DNA of 64,000 nt from Candidatus Margulisiibacteriota bacterium (GCA_041658745.1 JBAZZP010000003.1:3811-67810); one strand, 5' to 3'; positions 35,001 through 43,254 are shown, counted from the first letter of the stretch. Notes: generated by a model not told the origin, from the sequence alone. Translations and numbers: made by a program.

Positions 35001-36786
35001 AATCGAAGGGACATTGCAAAACATTGATTTTACCGTCGCCGCATTTTCCAATAATGCCGTCTTAGCTGGAATTAGTTTTGATAAGATTGATCTCTCACTC
35101 TTAAAGGACGGCAACCTTCTCCAGTTAAACAACATTTCTTTTTATAAGGGAAAGGAAAGATCACAAATTAACGGGGATATCGATTTAGATAAAGACGGCA
35201 AAATCGACCTGCATGCCAGCTTAAAAAATGACACCCTTGGCTTATTTAACTTATTCACGGGCGATGCCCAGTGGCTGTCGGGCAAAGCTTCTGGAGAGGT
35301 TGATTTGACCGGCAATTTTGATAAATTGGTTGCCAATGGATCCCTTTCCATAAATGATGGGAAAATATATGTAAAACCAATTGATGCCGAAATAAAAGAA
35401 ATAAGCGGCGTAGCAAGCATTCAAAACAGCAAGATTACTCTTTCTCGCCTTTCAGGTGTTTGGCAAGGAAAAACTTCGGATGACAATCGCAACCATCTAA
35501 ATATCAACGGTTCAATTAATATAAGCCATATTTTGGCTGCTAATAAATCCTTGTCCTTAAATTTAACCATGGCCCCCACAAAAATATTTGCTAATCTTCC
35601 CAATCTCTACAATGGGATTGCAACTATTAAGGGGCTAACTTTGTCGGGTCCTTTCTTCTTTGATTATAGTTCCGGACCAACCCTTTCAGGAAGCCTTGAA
35701 CTAGAAAATGCCACCATTACTCTGGCCAAAGGGCCCTCTGGCAATAGTAAGCCTATGCCCCTTGCTTTCAACCTTAGTGTTGGTATCGGAAAAAATGTTT
35801 TTGTTAACTTAGGCAATGCTAATTTTGACATGAGTTACATATTGATGAACCTCGAAATCCAAAGCGACAAATTAAACATTGCGGGTAATCTGGCCTCCCC
35901 TTCTTTGCTTGGTAAAATATTTATCAAACAAGGAAGCATAAATATTTTTGGCCGTGAATTTAGTTTATTATCCGTCGATGAACAAAAAACCTTTTACCCC
36001 TATGGGCAAGAACAAGTGCGAGATAATTCGGCGGTCTTCTCTGGCGGGGAAGGGATTGAAGGCATAATGCCCAAAGTTGATATTATGGCGCGGGTGGACG
36101 TAGAAAACAGCGAAACAGACGCCAGCAACCAAATTACTAAGAAAAAAGTAATTATTGTTTCTAAGATTTATGGTTTATTAGGCTCACTAGACAAAGAACG
36201 CGGCCTCAATATTCTTTTCAGCAGTTTTACAGAAGACAAAACCAAGACCCCAATCGAGATGACTCCTGCCAGTTATAGCGAACAAGACATAAAAGTCATG
36301 CTGCTGCCGGATTTTATAAAATCTCTAACTGGGGTTTCTCAAGGATCTTCGACCGGGGTTGATACCAATGCCATCCTGGCTGATTATTTGGCTAGCCGCC
36401 TGCAAACCATGATTTTTAGCGGGATGCAGCGCAATCTTGCTCAAAGCCTTGGCCTGGAAAGTTTAACTTTGGAGTATAATTTTGGAAAAGATCTGCGCCA
36501 ACGCATGGGGGTATCCAACACTTCCGTAATCGAGGTAGAAAAACCCGACTGGCGAGTGGGAATTGCCAAAGGCTTTTTCGACCGCCTCTTTATAGATGTA
36601 AGATATGCTCAATACACGCCGGAAATATTAAATACGGGATTATATAGTTCATTTAATTATCAATTAACCTACAAAATAACACCAATTTGGTCTATAATAT
36701 ATTATCGAGAGCCAATGAGCCTAACAGATTTAACATCCGGTTATTCCAAAGTCACCTTAAAGGCTGGTTTAACGCTCTGGAAGTAA
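32086..36786 (+). CDS. tamB: Translocation and assembly module protein TamB-like (AsmA/DUF490 family)
   Basis: 1566 aa with an N-terminal anchor and a very long beta-rich, Gly/Ser/Asn-rich repetitive body. The C-terminal DUF490-like end is '...YQLTYKITPIWSIIYYRE...KVTLKAGLTLWK'. Lies immediately upstream of the Omp85 gene. Confidence 0.8.
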   Translation: MKKAIALAILGSTIILTCGFSLTGWKDALFDQIKAETIKGLESNFKHKVTIGRAEGPLLGKIVFYDVVFADFVRAEKVTVSYNLAEFALKRDIVPTISKISIEKATFKVEHNKADKWNVLSLLPPADPKAPPPPIFKAELLLSNCTVNYSDQLGFRKEKSNFAAAVNNIAGSISFKKKDLISIQLAGQSSGAPVKANGYFNQKSGDYEINLSTGKLNAVPWANYAVVIPNFVVEKGIAEAKLRVSPSEIKGSPVKFSGEFALQGASAIYSKNRIDQFSGSIKIEGVGSSPTVTCRITATNAQSFNQKLSGDVILAFRGPHLTADVLSLKIFRGNVSGKAEIDLSKPAPILKANANLAGINIAALSQNTAGLAGLATGQASISGPLNQLQGSLSTSLKNASLMGQPIEKLAATFRITNGDTQIEKFLASSKLSSFSCNGKISKDLYFDLQTRAQGIKLSGQGLLGKMEALVDLFEGNMQWQLDNKFLTSPLKNLIASGTIKMGHGQIGEQHFEKAEGKINIGSGVIQIDNVVIREKESLLTASGQTGIGSPTNLKISGEKINLADFKIVNHFLPKEARDPSGLINFAISITGELSKETTLLTFDPLLGLNLSGEASVSNAKIADAPINSGKIKITWQEFGLNISDCQLEMPNKNFLTINFQKNKENRIAGKVYGIFEAANLNRFIKKYGVLGGQVGVNTIIGGSMDDPEITASFWVQNFGYNAVFIDNIQGQIALSDGFILINSPIVFTRGNGRLELSGSVDLEPIKANKPEEIGLNLTLSIPQTDFSSVITIAEELQTFISKRFQLGSTDKKQKINTAIFSLPNIRQFIAKDKLNLFGSEKSFLKTWGKSIAETQKNEATRLSNNIGGTLSGNFHITGTVNDLSGNFVGEVKNGYIRDFIYESLKAEASLDNQVLNIKRAELSKAGGSALATGKIDFKGPLDVDISAKNMPLDVAKIAFNKDFQGTFNLGASIEGTLQNIDFTVAAFSNNAVLAGISFDKIDLSLLKDGNLLQLNNISFYKGKERSQINGDIDLDKDGKIDLHASLKNDTLGLFNLFTGDAQWLSGKASGEVDLTGNFDKLVANGSLSINDGKIYVKPIDAEIKEISGVASIQNSKITLSRLSGVWQGKTSDDNRNHLNINGSINISHILAANKSLSLNLTMAPTKIFANLPNLYNGIATIKGLTLSGPFFFDYSSGPTLSGSLELENATITLAKGPSGNSKPMPLAFNLSVGIGKNVFVNLGNANFDMSYILMNLEIQSDKLNIAGNLASPSLLGKIFIKQGSINIFGREFSLLSVDEQKTFYPYGQEQVRDNSAVFSGGEGIEGIMPKVDIMARVDVENSETDASNQITKKKVIIVSKIYGLLGSLDKERGLNILFSSFTEDKTKTPIEMTPASYSEQDIKVMLLPDFIKSLTGVSQGSSTGVDTNAILADYLASRLQTMIFSGMQRNLAQSLGLESLTLEYNFGKDLRQRMGVSNTSVIEVEKPDWRVGIAKGFFDRLFIDVRYAQYTPEILNTGLYSSFNYQLTYKITPIWSIIYYREPMSLTDLTSGYSKVTLKAGLTLWK

Positions 36787-36803
36787 GAAGGCGAAAAGGA
36801 TAA

Positions 36804-38507
36804 ATGTTTAAAAATAAATATTTGGTTTTATTCTTTCTGGCTGTACTTTTAGCTTGTGGGCTAAGCAATGCCGCTCTAGCTAAGGCAAGGACTTCTACTG
36901 GGAGCATCGAGGTTTCAGCCTCCATTATCGCCATTGAAGTCCGCGGCAATACCGTTGTCCCCTTAAAAAACATCGAAGATGTAATTTTTAGCCAGACCGG
37001 CGAAAAATTGCTCGAAGAAAAAGTAAACAGTGACGTCAAGGCAATTTATGCGATGGGTTTATTTCAAGACACCTCCGTCTCTTTTGAGTCTGAAAAAAAT
37101 GGGACAAGAATTATTTTCAATGTGACAGAAAACCCGATCATTAACGAGATTTCTATTGAAGGAAATACAGTTTATTCGACCAAAACTCTCCTCGGCAGCA
37201 TGGAGACCAAAGCTAACCAAATATTAAACTTTAATACCCTACGGGATGATATTCAGCGAATAGCCGATCGCTACAAAAAAGACGGCTATATCTTGGCTCG
37301 GGTTGCCGACGTGCAAACCGACCAAAAAACCCAAGTGTTATCCATAAAAATCATCGAAGGCGTAATCGAAGCCATCACTTTAAAAGGCACTGAACAAACT
37401 CAAGACTATGTGATTCTGCGCGAATTAACCACCAAACCAGGCAAACCGCTCAACGAAAACATTCTAAAAAAAGACCTGCGCCGGGTTTTCAACCTTGGCT
37501 TTTTCTCGGAAGTTAACCCCGTCTTTGATGCGGGTTCAACCCCTGACAAAGCAGTCTTACAGTTAAACATCAAAGAAACTAGAACCAGCACTGTAAACTT
37601 TGGTGGAGGATACGGCGAACGTGAAGGTTGGTTTGGTTTTACCGACCTTTCAATTAACAACCTTTTTGGCACCGCCCAGGGCCTACTAATCCGTGGCCAA
37701 GCCGGTCAACAACTATCTACCTATCAGTTCAAATATAACGATCCCTGGTTTCTACCTGACCACTTTGGCGAACGAACCGCCTTTACCGCTCGCCGCTGGT
37801 TAACAATTGGTCGTGATATTTATTTAACCGATCAAGACGCTGTTTATAATGGCTTTGATTTGTCGGTCGGTAAGACAATTAATGATAATTTTAGCTTAAC
37901 TTACACTCTTGGCAGTGAATTGGTCAAGCCGTACACCGATGCAACTTTTGAAGCTTACCAATCAGATACCATTGGTATTACTTTAGCTTACGACACCCGC
38001 GATTTCTGGCTTAATCCCAAAGGTGGAAGGTATTATACCCTCCAGCTAAAACAAGGTTGGAAGTACACCACCAGCTGCGCAGATTTCTTTAAGATCGTGG
38101 GTGACGTCAATCACTACTTCCTCGTCCGCGAAAACCAGGTTTTTGCTTTTCATCTTGGAGCCGGTCTTGGGTTTGGCTCAATCCCAATCGGCGAAGAGTT
38201 TTATGCTGGCGGCGCGAACAGTGTCCGCGGTTACAATCCAAGCGACGACCATCGCGGAACCCGTAAGGTTATCACTAACTTTGAATACCGCATGGATTTT
38301 GGCGATATGTTCCAAGGGGTATTATTCTATGACTGGGGTAACGCCTGGTATGCTGGAGCGCCTGATCCTTCGTCCTTTATTGCTGGCTGGGGCCCAGGAG
38401 TCCGGGTTACTACCCCTCTTGGTCCAATTCGCCTTGATTACGGTATGCCCGTCGGTGAAAACGCTGGAACCGGCATCCTCCACTTCTCCATTGGGCAAGC
38501 TTTCTAA
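36804..38507 (+). CDS. bamA: Omp85-family outer membrane protein assembly factor (BamA/TamA)
   Basis: Signal peptide, POTRA repeats ('IEVRGNTVVP', 'ISIEGNTVYS', 'ITLKGTEQT'), a beta-barrel with a 'VRGY' motif and a C-terminal aromatic '...HFSIGQAF'. Confidence 0.9.
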   Translation: MFKNKYLVLFFLAVLLACGLSNAALAKARTSTGSIEVSASIIAIEVRGNTVVPLKNIEDVIFSQTGEKLLEEKVNSDVKAIYAMGLFQDTSVSFESEKNGTRIIFNVTENPIINEISIEGNTVYSTKTLLGSMETKANQILNFNTLRDDIQRIADRYKKDGYILARVADVQTDQKTQVLSIKIIEGVIEAITLKGTEQTQDYVILRELTTKPGKPLNENILKKDLRRVFNLGFFSEVNPVFDAGSTPDKAVLQLNIKETRTSTVNFGGGYGEREGWFGFTDLSINNLFGTAQGLLIRGQAGQQLSTYQFKYNDPWFLPDHFGERTAFTARRWLTIGRDIYLTDQDAVYNGFDLSVGKTINDNFSLTYTLGSELVKPYTDATFEAYQSDTIGITLAYDTRDFWLNPKGGRYYTLQLKQGWKYTTSCADFFKIVGDVNHYFLVRENQVFAFHLGAGLGFGSIPIGEEFYAGGANSVRGYNPSDDHRGTRKVITNFEYRMDFGDMFQGVLFYDWGNAWYAGAPDPSSFIAGWGPGVRVTTPLGPIRLDYGMPVGENAGTGILHFSIGQAF

Positions 38508-38509
38508 TA

Positions 38510-39091
38510 GTGTTTGATCTCTATCTAAATGAGCTGATCGAGTGGAACAAAAAATTCAATCTGACAGCTATCACTGAGCCAGAAGCAATTAAAGTTAAAC
38601 ATTTTGAGGACTCGCTTACCATCTTACAATCTGTCAATCTCACCAGCCAATCTGTCGTTGATATCGGTGCCGGGGCGGGATTTCCCGGAATACCGCTAAA
38701 GCTTTCCTGCCCAAACATCAAACTAACCCTAATTGACTCCACCAAAAAGAAAACCGAATTTTTAAAACACATCATTACAACATTAAACCTATCAGATACC
38801 GAAGCCATTTGGGGTAGGGCTGAAGAATTGAACCAAGATTTTAGATATTATGGCAAATATGATCTGGCTGTGGCACGCGCCGTCGCCAAACTCGACAAAT
38901 TGGTCGGCTATGCTCTGCCCTTCCTAAAGTCTAAAGGACTCTTTATTGCTCAAAAGGGGCCGGTGGTTGAAGAAGAAATCAAACTTGCAGCTTCGGCTTT
39001 AAGCCAATTTGGCGGAAAAATAACTGAAGTTAAAAAACTTACTCTTTCCAACGGCGACCAACGCAGCCTAATTGTTATTAATAAGCTATAA
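38510..39091 (+). CDS. rsmG: 16S rRNA (guanine527-N7)-methyltransferase
   Basis: 'WNKKFNLTAI', 'KHFEDSL' and 'VVDIGAGAGFPGIPLKL' SAM-binding motifs. GTG start 3 nt after the bamA stop. Confidence 0.9.
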   Translation: MFDLYLNELIEWNKKFNLTAITEPEAIKVKHFEDSLTILQSVNLTSQSVVDIGAGAGFPGIPLKLSCPNIKLTLIDSTKKKTEFLKHIITTLNLSDTEAIWGRAEELNQDFRYYGKYDLAVARAVAKLDKLVGYALPFLKSKGLFIAQKGPVVEEEIKLAASALSQFGGKITEVKKLTLSNGDQRSLIVINKL

Positions 39092-39092
39092 T
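39085..39092 (+). promoter_or_regulatory. GCTATAAT box 5 nt upstream of the DUF4015-like gene ATG
   Basis: AGCTATAAT-ATAGT-ATG. Overlaps the rsmG stop codon. Weaker than the others because it has no TG. Confidence 0.3.
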
Positions 39093-39097
39093 ATAGT

Positions 39098-40189
39098 ATG
39101 CAAAACACCCTCAAAATTATCGTCGCCGCGCTAATAATTGTAGGCGTAATCATCCTCTCATCCTTTAGCCTCCATGGATTATTTGAGGAAGTTGTTCCGA
39201 AACAGAAAGTAACCTCCAATAAAGGAATATACATCACCGCCAATGTTGCCCAAAGCAGTAAAATGTTTGCTGCTATTCGATCCCGTGCCAAAGCCGCCGG
39301 CATAGATACGTTCGTTATCGACGGAAAAAGCGAGATCAGCAAACCACTTCTTGAATTGCTAAAAGCTAAAAAACTGTCTCCGACAACACCTTTACAAGCT
39401 AATCCGTGGCTTACAAAACTCTGCCAAGATTTGCACAAAGAAGGCTTTATCGTCACGGTACGTTTGGTGGTATTTAAAGATGATCGTCTGGCCTTGGCTC
39501 GTCCGGATCTTGCCGTCCATCTAGCTGGTAACCGTTTATACTCAGATTTAAAAGGCGGCCTATGGGCAGACCCCTATTCCGATGAAGTTCAGCTCTATAA
39601 TGCCTTGATCGCTGAAACGGCTGCCCTGTCAGGCGTAGATGAAATCCAATTTGATTATATCCGCTTCCCAGCCGAAGCCAGGTCCCACAACGCCCGCTAC
39701 CCTGCCCTCAAAAAAGGCATGAGCCGAGTCGATACTGTCTGCGCCTTCCTGGAAACTGTCCGCACTCGAACACAAAAATATAATGTTTCACTGGCCTTGG
39801 ACATTTTTGGAGTAACAGCCTGGCAAAGCAAAGTTGATATTGATAGTTTGGGACAAGATTTAAAACGGATGGCAAAATATTTAGATGTAATTTGTCCTAT
39901 GCTTTACCCTTCGCACTTCCATAGCGGCTATGATGGGTTTGCCAATCCTGGATCGGCTCCCTATTATTTTATCAATAAAGGGGTAAAACAATCATGGGAT
40001 ATTTTGTCAGGAGAAGCAACCATAGTTATCCCATGGATCCAAGGTTTTAACTTAAGATCCCCAAATTATGGTCCAAACTATATTAATGAACAAATTAGGG
40101 GGGCAAAAGAAGCCGGCTCTTCTCGCTACCTAATTTGGAACGCTCGCAATGATTATTCGGTCTCATTTAACGCCTTACATAAAAAGTAG
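39098..40189 (+). CDS. Membrane-anchored putative glycoside hydrolase-like TIM barrel (DUF4015-like)
   Basis: N-terminal TM segment. 'GVDEIQFDYIRFP' and 'MLYPSHF' motifs, which I associate with the PF13200 putative glycosyl hydrolase family. Confidence 0.6.
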   Translation: MQNTLKIIVAALIIVGVIILSSFSLHGLFEEVVPKQKVTSNKGIYITANVAQSSKMFAAIRSRAKAAGIDTFVIDGKSEISKPLLELLKAKKLSPTTPLQANPWLTKLCQDLHKEGFIVTVRLVVFKDDRLALARPDLAVHLAGNRLYSDLKGGLWADPYSDEVQLYNALIAETAALSGVDEIQFDYIRFPAEARSHNARYPALKKGMSRVDTVCAFLETVRTRTQKYNVSLALDIFGVTAWQSKVDIDSLGQDLKRMAKYLDVICPMLYPSHFHSGYDGFANPGSAPYYFINKGVKQSWDILSGEATIVIPWIQGFNLRSPNYGPNYINEQIRGAKEAGSSRYLIWNARNDYSVSFNALHKK

Positions 40190-40200
40190 GAGCAACTATT

Positions 40201-40725
40201 ATGAAAAGATGGTTAATTGTTTTGCTAACTTTCCTTTGTTTTTGGACTGCAACACAAAGTTATGCTTTAGATAAAGAGACCGAAAACTTTAAAGCTACCA
40301 TTGATCAATTACAACTCGCCCTAGTTTTTGCCGACATGGATTATGTTAACAAGCATCTTGCCCTCGACAGTATTTTACGCGCCAAGATTAAGAAGTTTTC
40401 TGGATTGGTACAAAAACAAAGCGGCTTTTGGAAAGGGACGGCTGCAAGAATAGTGGGAGCAGGAGATTCTGCCCTCGCCAAAACTGCATCATCGTTTATA
40501 ATGAGCCAATACAGCAAATCTCCCAAATCACTCCGCAAATCATATAAAAAAAGCCTTTCACTGACAAATTATTCGGTAAAGGGAGACCTAGGGATTGCTT
40601 CTGGTTCGTTTATGGGCAAATCCGCCTCCATTGCCGCTAAAAAAATCAATGGTGAATGGGTGGTCGTTTCAGCCGAAAGCCCGGTGATTGACGCCGAATT
40701 GAAGAAAATACTAAAGCTAAAGTAA
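40201..40725 (+). CDS. Hypothetical secreted protein
   Basis: Signal peptide 'MKRWLIVLLTFLCFWTATQSYA'. AGGAG SD. No recognised domain. Confidence 0.5.
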   Translation: MKRWLIVLLTFLCFWTATQSYALDKETENFKATIDQLQLALVFADMDYVNKHLALDSILRAKIKKFSGLVQKQSGFWKGTAARIVGAGDSALAKTASSFIMSQYSKSPKSLRKSYKKSLSLTNYSVKGDLGIASGSFMGKSASIAAKKINGEWVVVSAESPVIDAELKKILKLK

Positions 40726-40727
40726 AA

Positions 40728-41414
40728 CTAATACGGGAATTTTACCCCCAACTCATTCCACGTTATTTCAACATCCGGCATACCACTGACATAGGCACAG
40801 ATTTGATATTCCCCAAAAATAATCCGTAGTTTTTCTTGGTTAAAAGTAAAATATTGAAAACTCTTATCATTGGGTTGGATTCCCCGATTAACCCATTCAT
40901 CCGTTTTAATTTCTTGTTCAACTAATTTTTGTTTTGAAAGACTGACAAGAGATTGCAGATAGTTCTTCTTTCCCCTAAATAGATCCCTAAGCTGGATTGT
41001 TTTTCCAGTTTCTAAATTGTAGTTAAATGGTATTATCCAATGACTGGGGTGAGCCCCTGCCACAAAATACATAACAGAGCAATAAAGGCTGACATATTTG
41101 CTAGATATTCCAACAACTGAGTTATCAATCGCTAAACAGCTCTCAATCGAAATGGTTTTTGCTTTTTCTTCTTTCTTAAAGCTAGCTATTTCATTCATTA
41201 AGGCTTTTTTAATTGCGGAGTTAACTTTGTTTTGGATGGCAGTATTTTTTAATCCCTTTATAAGCGGGACGCTAACTTCGATTGAGTAACGCTCTGGCAT
41301 TCTTTCTGTAATTACCTGGGATTCAATAGTAGGGATAGCCACAGCCGCAACGGCTGACACAATGACATAGAAACACAGAAGCATAGAACCCAAGATAAAC
41401 TTTCGCAACGGCAT
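40728..41414 (-). CDS. DUF4163/DUF3298-like (RsiV/PdaC-type) exported protein
   Basis: N-terminal anchor, 'EVSVPLIKGLKNTAIQNKVNSAIK' and 'AGAHPSHWIIPFNYNLETGKTIQLRDLF' motifs typical of this family. Confidence 0.6.
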   Translation of the reverse strand: MPLRKFILGSMLLCFYVIVSAVAAVAIPTIESQVITERMPERYSIEVSVPLIKGLKNTAIQNKVNSAIKKALMNEIASFKKEEKAKTISIESCLAIDNSVVGISSKYVSLYCSVMYFVAGAHPSHWIIPFNYNLETGKTIQLRDLFRGKKNYLQSLVSLSKQKLVEQEIKTDEWVNRGIQPNDKSFQYFTFNQEKLRIIFGEYQICAYVSGMPDVEITWNELGVKFPY

Positions 41415-41420
41415 AAATAC

Positions 41421-41449
41421 ATTTTAACTTCTAGCAATGTTTATTACAA
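41421..41449 (-). promoter_or_regulatory. Promoter TTGTAA-17-TAAAAT, 6 nt upstream of the DUF3298-like gene ATG (leaderless-type)
   Basis: The minus strand reads TTGTAA-(17 nt)-TAAAAT-GTATTT-ATG. Confidence 0.45.
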
Positions 41450-41632
41450 GTTTGATCAGTCAATTTTTCGACGTCAGGTCTGACCAGAATATCGACACCT
41501 TCACCGACAAATCACGTATTTCATCCTGGCAATGAAATTGCTTGGAAAGGGAAATCGGGTGATCAGGGAATATGGGACTGGATATCAGGAGATTGGGATA
41601 GCAGGGACAAAAATAAAGGGGAGGGAAAAGCA

Positions 41633-41983
41633 ATGGCGTTTATGTTTGAGAATTTAGAAGTTTACAAAAAGGCAATGCACTTTATGGTTGATATCTTTAA
41701 GCTTAACTCTTCCATAAAAGACCGAAATATAAAGGATCAGTTGCAGAGAGCAGCATTATCAATCCCACTAAATGTAGCGGAAGGCCAAGGCAGAATGCAT
41801 GGAAGAGAAAAGAGACAATTTTACAATACTGCTCGAGGATCGTTAATGGAATGCATTCCTTTAATACAAGTCTGTCGCAGTCTTAATTATATTTCGGAAG
41901 AAAAATATCTCTCCCTTTATGCTTTAGCAGATAAAACAGGAAAAATGCTCACAGGACTGATTAAATCAGTAAATTGTGATTAG
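41633..41983 (+). CDS. Four-helix-bundle protein (23S rRNA intervening-sequence protein / Avd-like family)
   Basis: 'FENLEVYKKAMHF', 'QLQRAALSIPLNVAEGQGR', 'EKRQFYNTARGSLMEC'. GGGGAGGG SD. Confidence 0.85.
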   Translation: MAFMFENLEVYKKAMHFMVDIFKLNSSIKDRNIKDQLQRAALSIPLNVAEGQGRMHGREKRQFYNTARGSLMECIPLIQVCRSLNYISEEKYLSLYALADKTGKMLTGLIKSVNCD

Positions 41984-41985
41984 TG

Positions 41986-42062
41986 GATAGAAAGTGGACA
42001 GTAGACATTAGATAATAGGGTCAAGATTCACTGCCTATCATCTATTCTCTATTTTCTACTTG
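41986..42062 (+). repeat. Inverted degenerate heptamer arrays (AGTRGAY... / TCTAYTN...) downstream of the four-helix-bundle gene
   Basis: agtggat|agaaagtggac|agtagac|attagat|aataggg ... cctatca|tctattc|tctattt|tctactt. The central parts can pair (agataatagg / cctatcatct). Confidence 0.6.
42010..42056 (+). terminator. Hairpin + T-rich tract after the four-helix-bundle gene
   Basis: Stem agataatagg / cctatcatct (9 of 10 pairs), a 14-nt loop, then attctctattttct. Confidence 0.3.
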
Positions 42063-42132
42063 CTCCGAGCGAACTTGTACCGAGAGACATCGAGGTAGTC
42101 GAGGAGCTATCTACTTTCTAAATAGAATAACA

Positions 42133-42557
42133 TGGAGCTGAGGGGAGTCGAACCCCTGTCCGAAAAGGCAATTCCACCAGCCGCTACGAGCGTAGCTTTG
42201 ATTAAGTTTTCGTCCAGGAGTTGACCCAAAGCGGGGTTTTTCCCGGCCTATCCCCAATTTTGTTTTCCATCCTAGCCTTGAGAAACAACCAGGACAGTAG
42301 CCGTTAAAATAACGTCTTTATCTGGACCTAACAGCAAATCCAGGAGACGGGTCGCTTAATAAATTAAGCGGCGACTGCCGCTGCAACAGGTTGTACTGTG
42401 CACAGAGCTAAAAGCTGCTGTACTGTTCTTCCTGCTACTTTGGCGATTTGACTATCTGCATTTACAGATTTGCCACCTTTTTTAACGAGGTTATAGATGA
42501 CGTCCTCGGCTCGCAACTGATGCAACCACAACTTCCCGTCAATACCCTTACAGCCCC
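42133..42557 (-). ncRNA. ssrA: Transfer-messenger RNA (tmRNA, SsrA)
   Basis: The minus strand reads 5'-GGGGCTGTAAGGG...GGACAGGGGTTCGACTCCCCTCAGCTCCA-3'. The acceptor stem is GGGGCUG/CAGCUCC with a G3:U pair, followed by a T-arm and discriminator A. CCA is not encoded. The internal ORF ends ...PVAAAVAA-TAA. Confidence 0.9.
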
Positions 42558-42613
42558 AAACCGCTTCGCGGTAATGACCAAATTACAATTTCCAAGCAAC
42601 AAAGAAGGAGTAA

Positions 42614-43075
42614 CTATTTGAACTCTTTTATGGTTTCATTAAACATGGTCAACATGCTTTCGGCTTGTTCAGGACCCATGCGCTCTAAGAGCTCGGCAAA
42701 TTGTTGCCAGTCTTCGGCTTCTTCCATTAAGTCCTTATTGTCCTTAATCTTTTGCAGTTCGGTTTCGATTTCTTCTTGCAGTTGTTTAGAGGCCGCTTGC
42801 ATCGCCGCTTCCGGTTCTTTAAGTCCGGTTAAAGTGATCACCTCATCAAGGATACGTTTGAATTCATCCGCCGAGATTTCTTTTTTCTTGGCTTCAGTTG
42901 CCAGGGCACTTAAGCGCACCGCAATCGCATTGGCATCGAGTTCAGGACCGCGTCCAATCGATGACATTGCCTGCTGCGGACGAGAAGATTGTTGCTCGGT
43001 TTTTTCAGCTTCCTTGCTGCCTTCTTTGGGATTGATTTGGGGAACAAACGGCTTATCGCCTGGTACTCGCATCAT
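42614..43075 (-). CDS. Hypothetical acidic helical protein (153 aa)
   Basis: AAGGAG SD upstream. ATGA-type overlap with the preceding small ORF. Lies between smpB and ssrA. No recognised motif. Confidence 0.5.
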   Translation of the reverse strand: MMRVPGDKPFVPQINPKEGSKEAEKTEQQSSRPQQAMSSIGRGPELDANAIAVRLSALATEAKKKEISADEFKRILDEVITLTGLKEPEAAMQAASKQLQEEIETELQKIKDNKDLMEEAEDWQQFAELLERMGPEQAESMLTMFNETIKEFK

Positions 43076-43254
43076 ACTAATTTCATCTCCTTCAGAACCA
43101 TTTTTGATAGAGCTTTGGCCAGCTCATCCATTTTGGCCTCTTCGCTGGGAGAAATCCCACCTTTAATCTCTTTTACTTCTTTTTTTAATAGGAGTGCGGC
43201 CTCTTTATAGACATCGCCCACCGTAAACTTTCGATCTTCAACCTTTCCCAGCAT
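43072..43254 (-). CDS. Hypothetical small charged protein (60 aa)
   Basis: The ATG at 43254 is preceded by GAGGAGAAAGGA. The longer ORF-track version (to 43326) uses TTG and overlaps smpB by 89 nt, so I prefer the shorter one. Confidence 0.4.
   Translation of the reverse strand: MLGKVEDRKFTVGDVYKEAALLLKKEVKEIKGGISPSEEAKMDELAKALSKMVLKEMKLV

Noticed and set aside
41633-41983. Diversity-generating retroelement suggested by the Avd-like four-helix-bundle gene
   Set aside because: I could see no reverse transcriptase ORF and no template/variable repeat pair within the window. The gene family also occurs as solitary copies.
41415-42132. Integrated mobile element at the tmRNA 3' end
   Set aside because: I noticed no integrase, recombinase or phage genes, and no direct repeat of the tmRNA 3' terminus (…GGTTCGACTCCCCTCAGCTCCA) elsewhere in the window.
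42618-43166. 182-aa plus-strand Ser/Cys-rich ORF opposite the two small ORFs near smpB
   Set aside because: It has low-complexity Ser-rich composition typical of the antisense of Glu/Lys-rich genes. The minus-strand ORFs have SD sites and start-stop coupling, while this one has neither.
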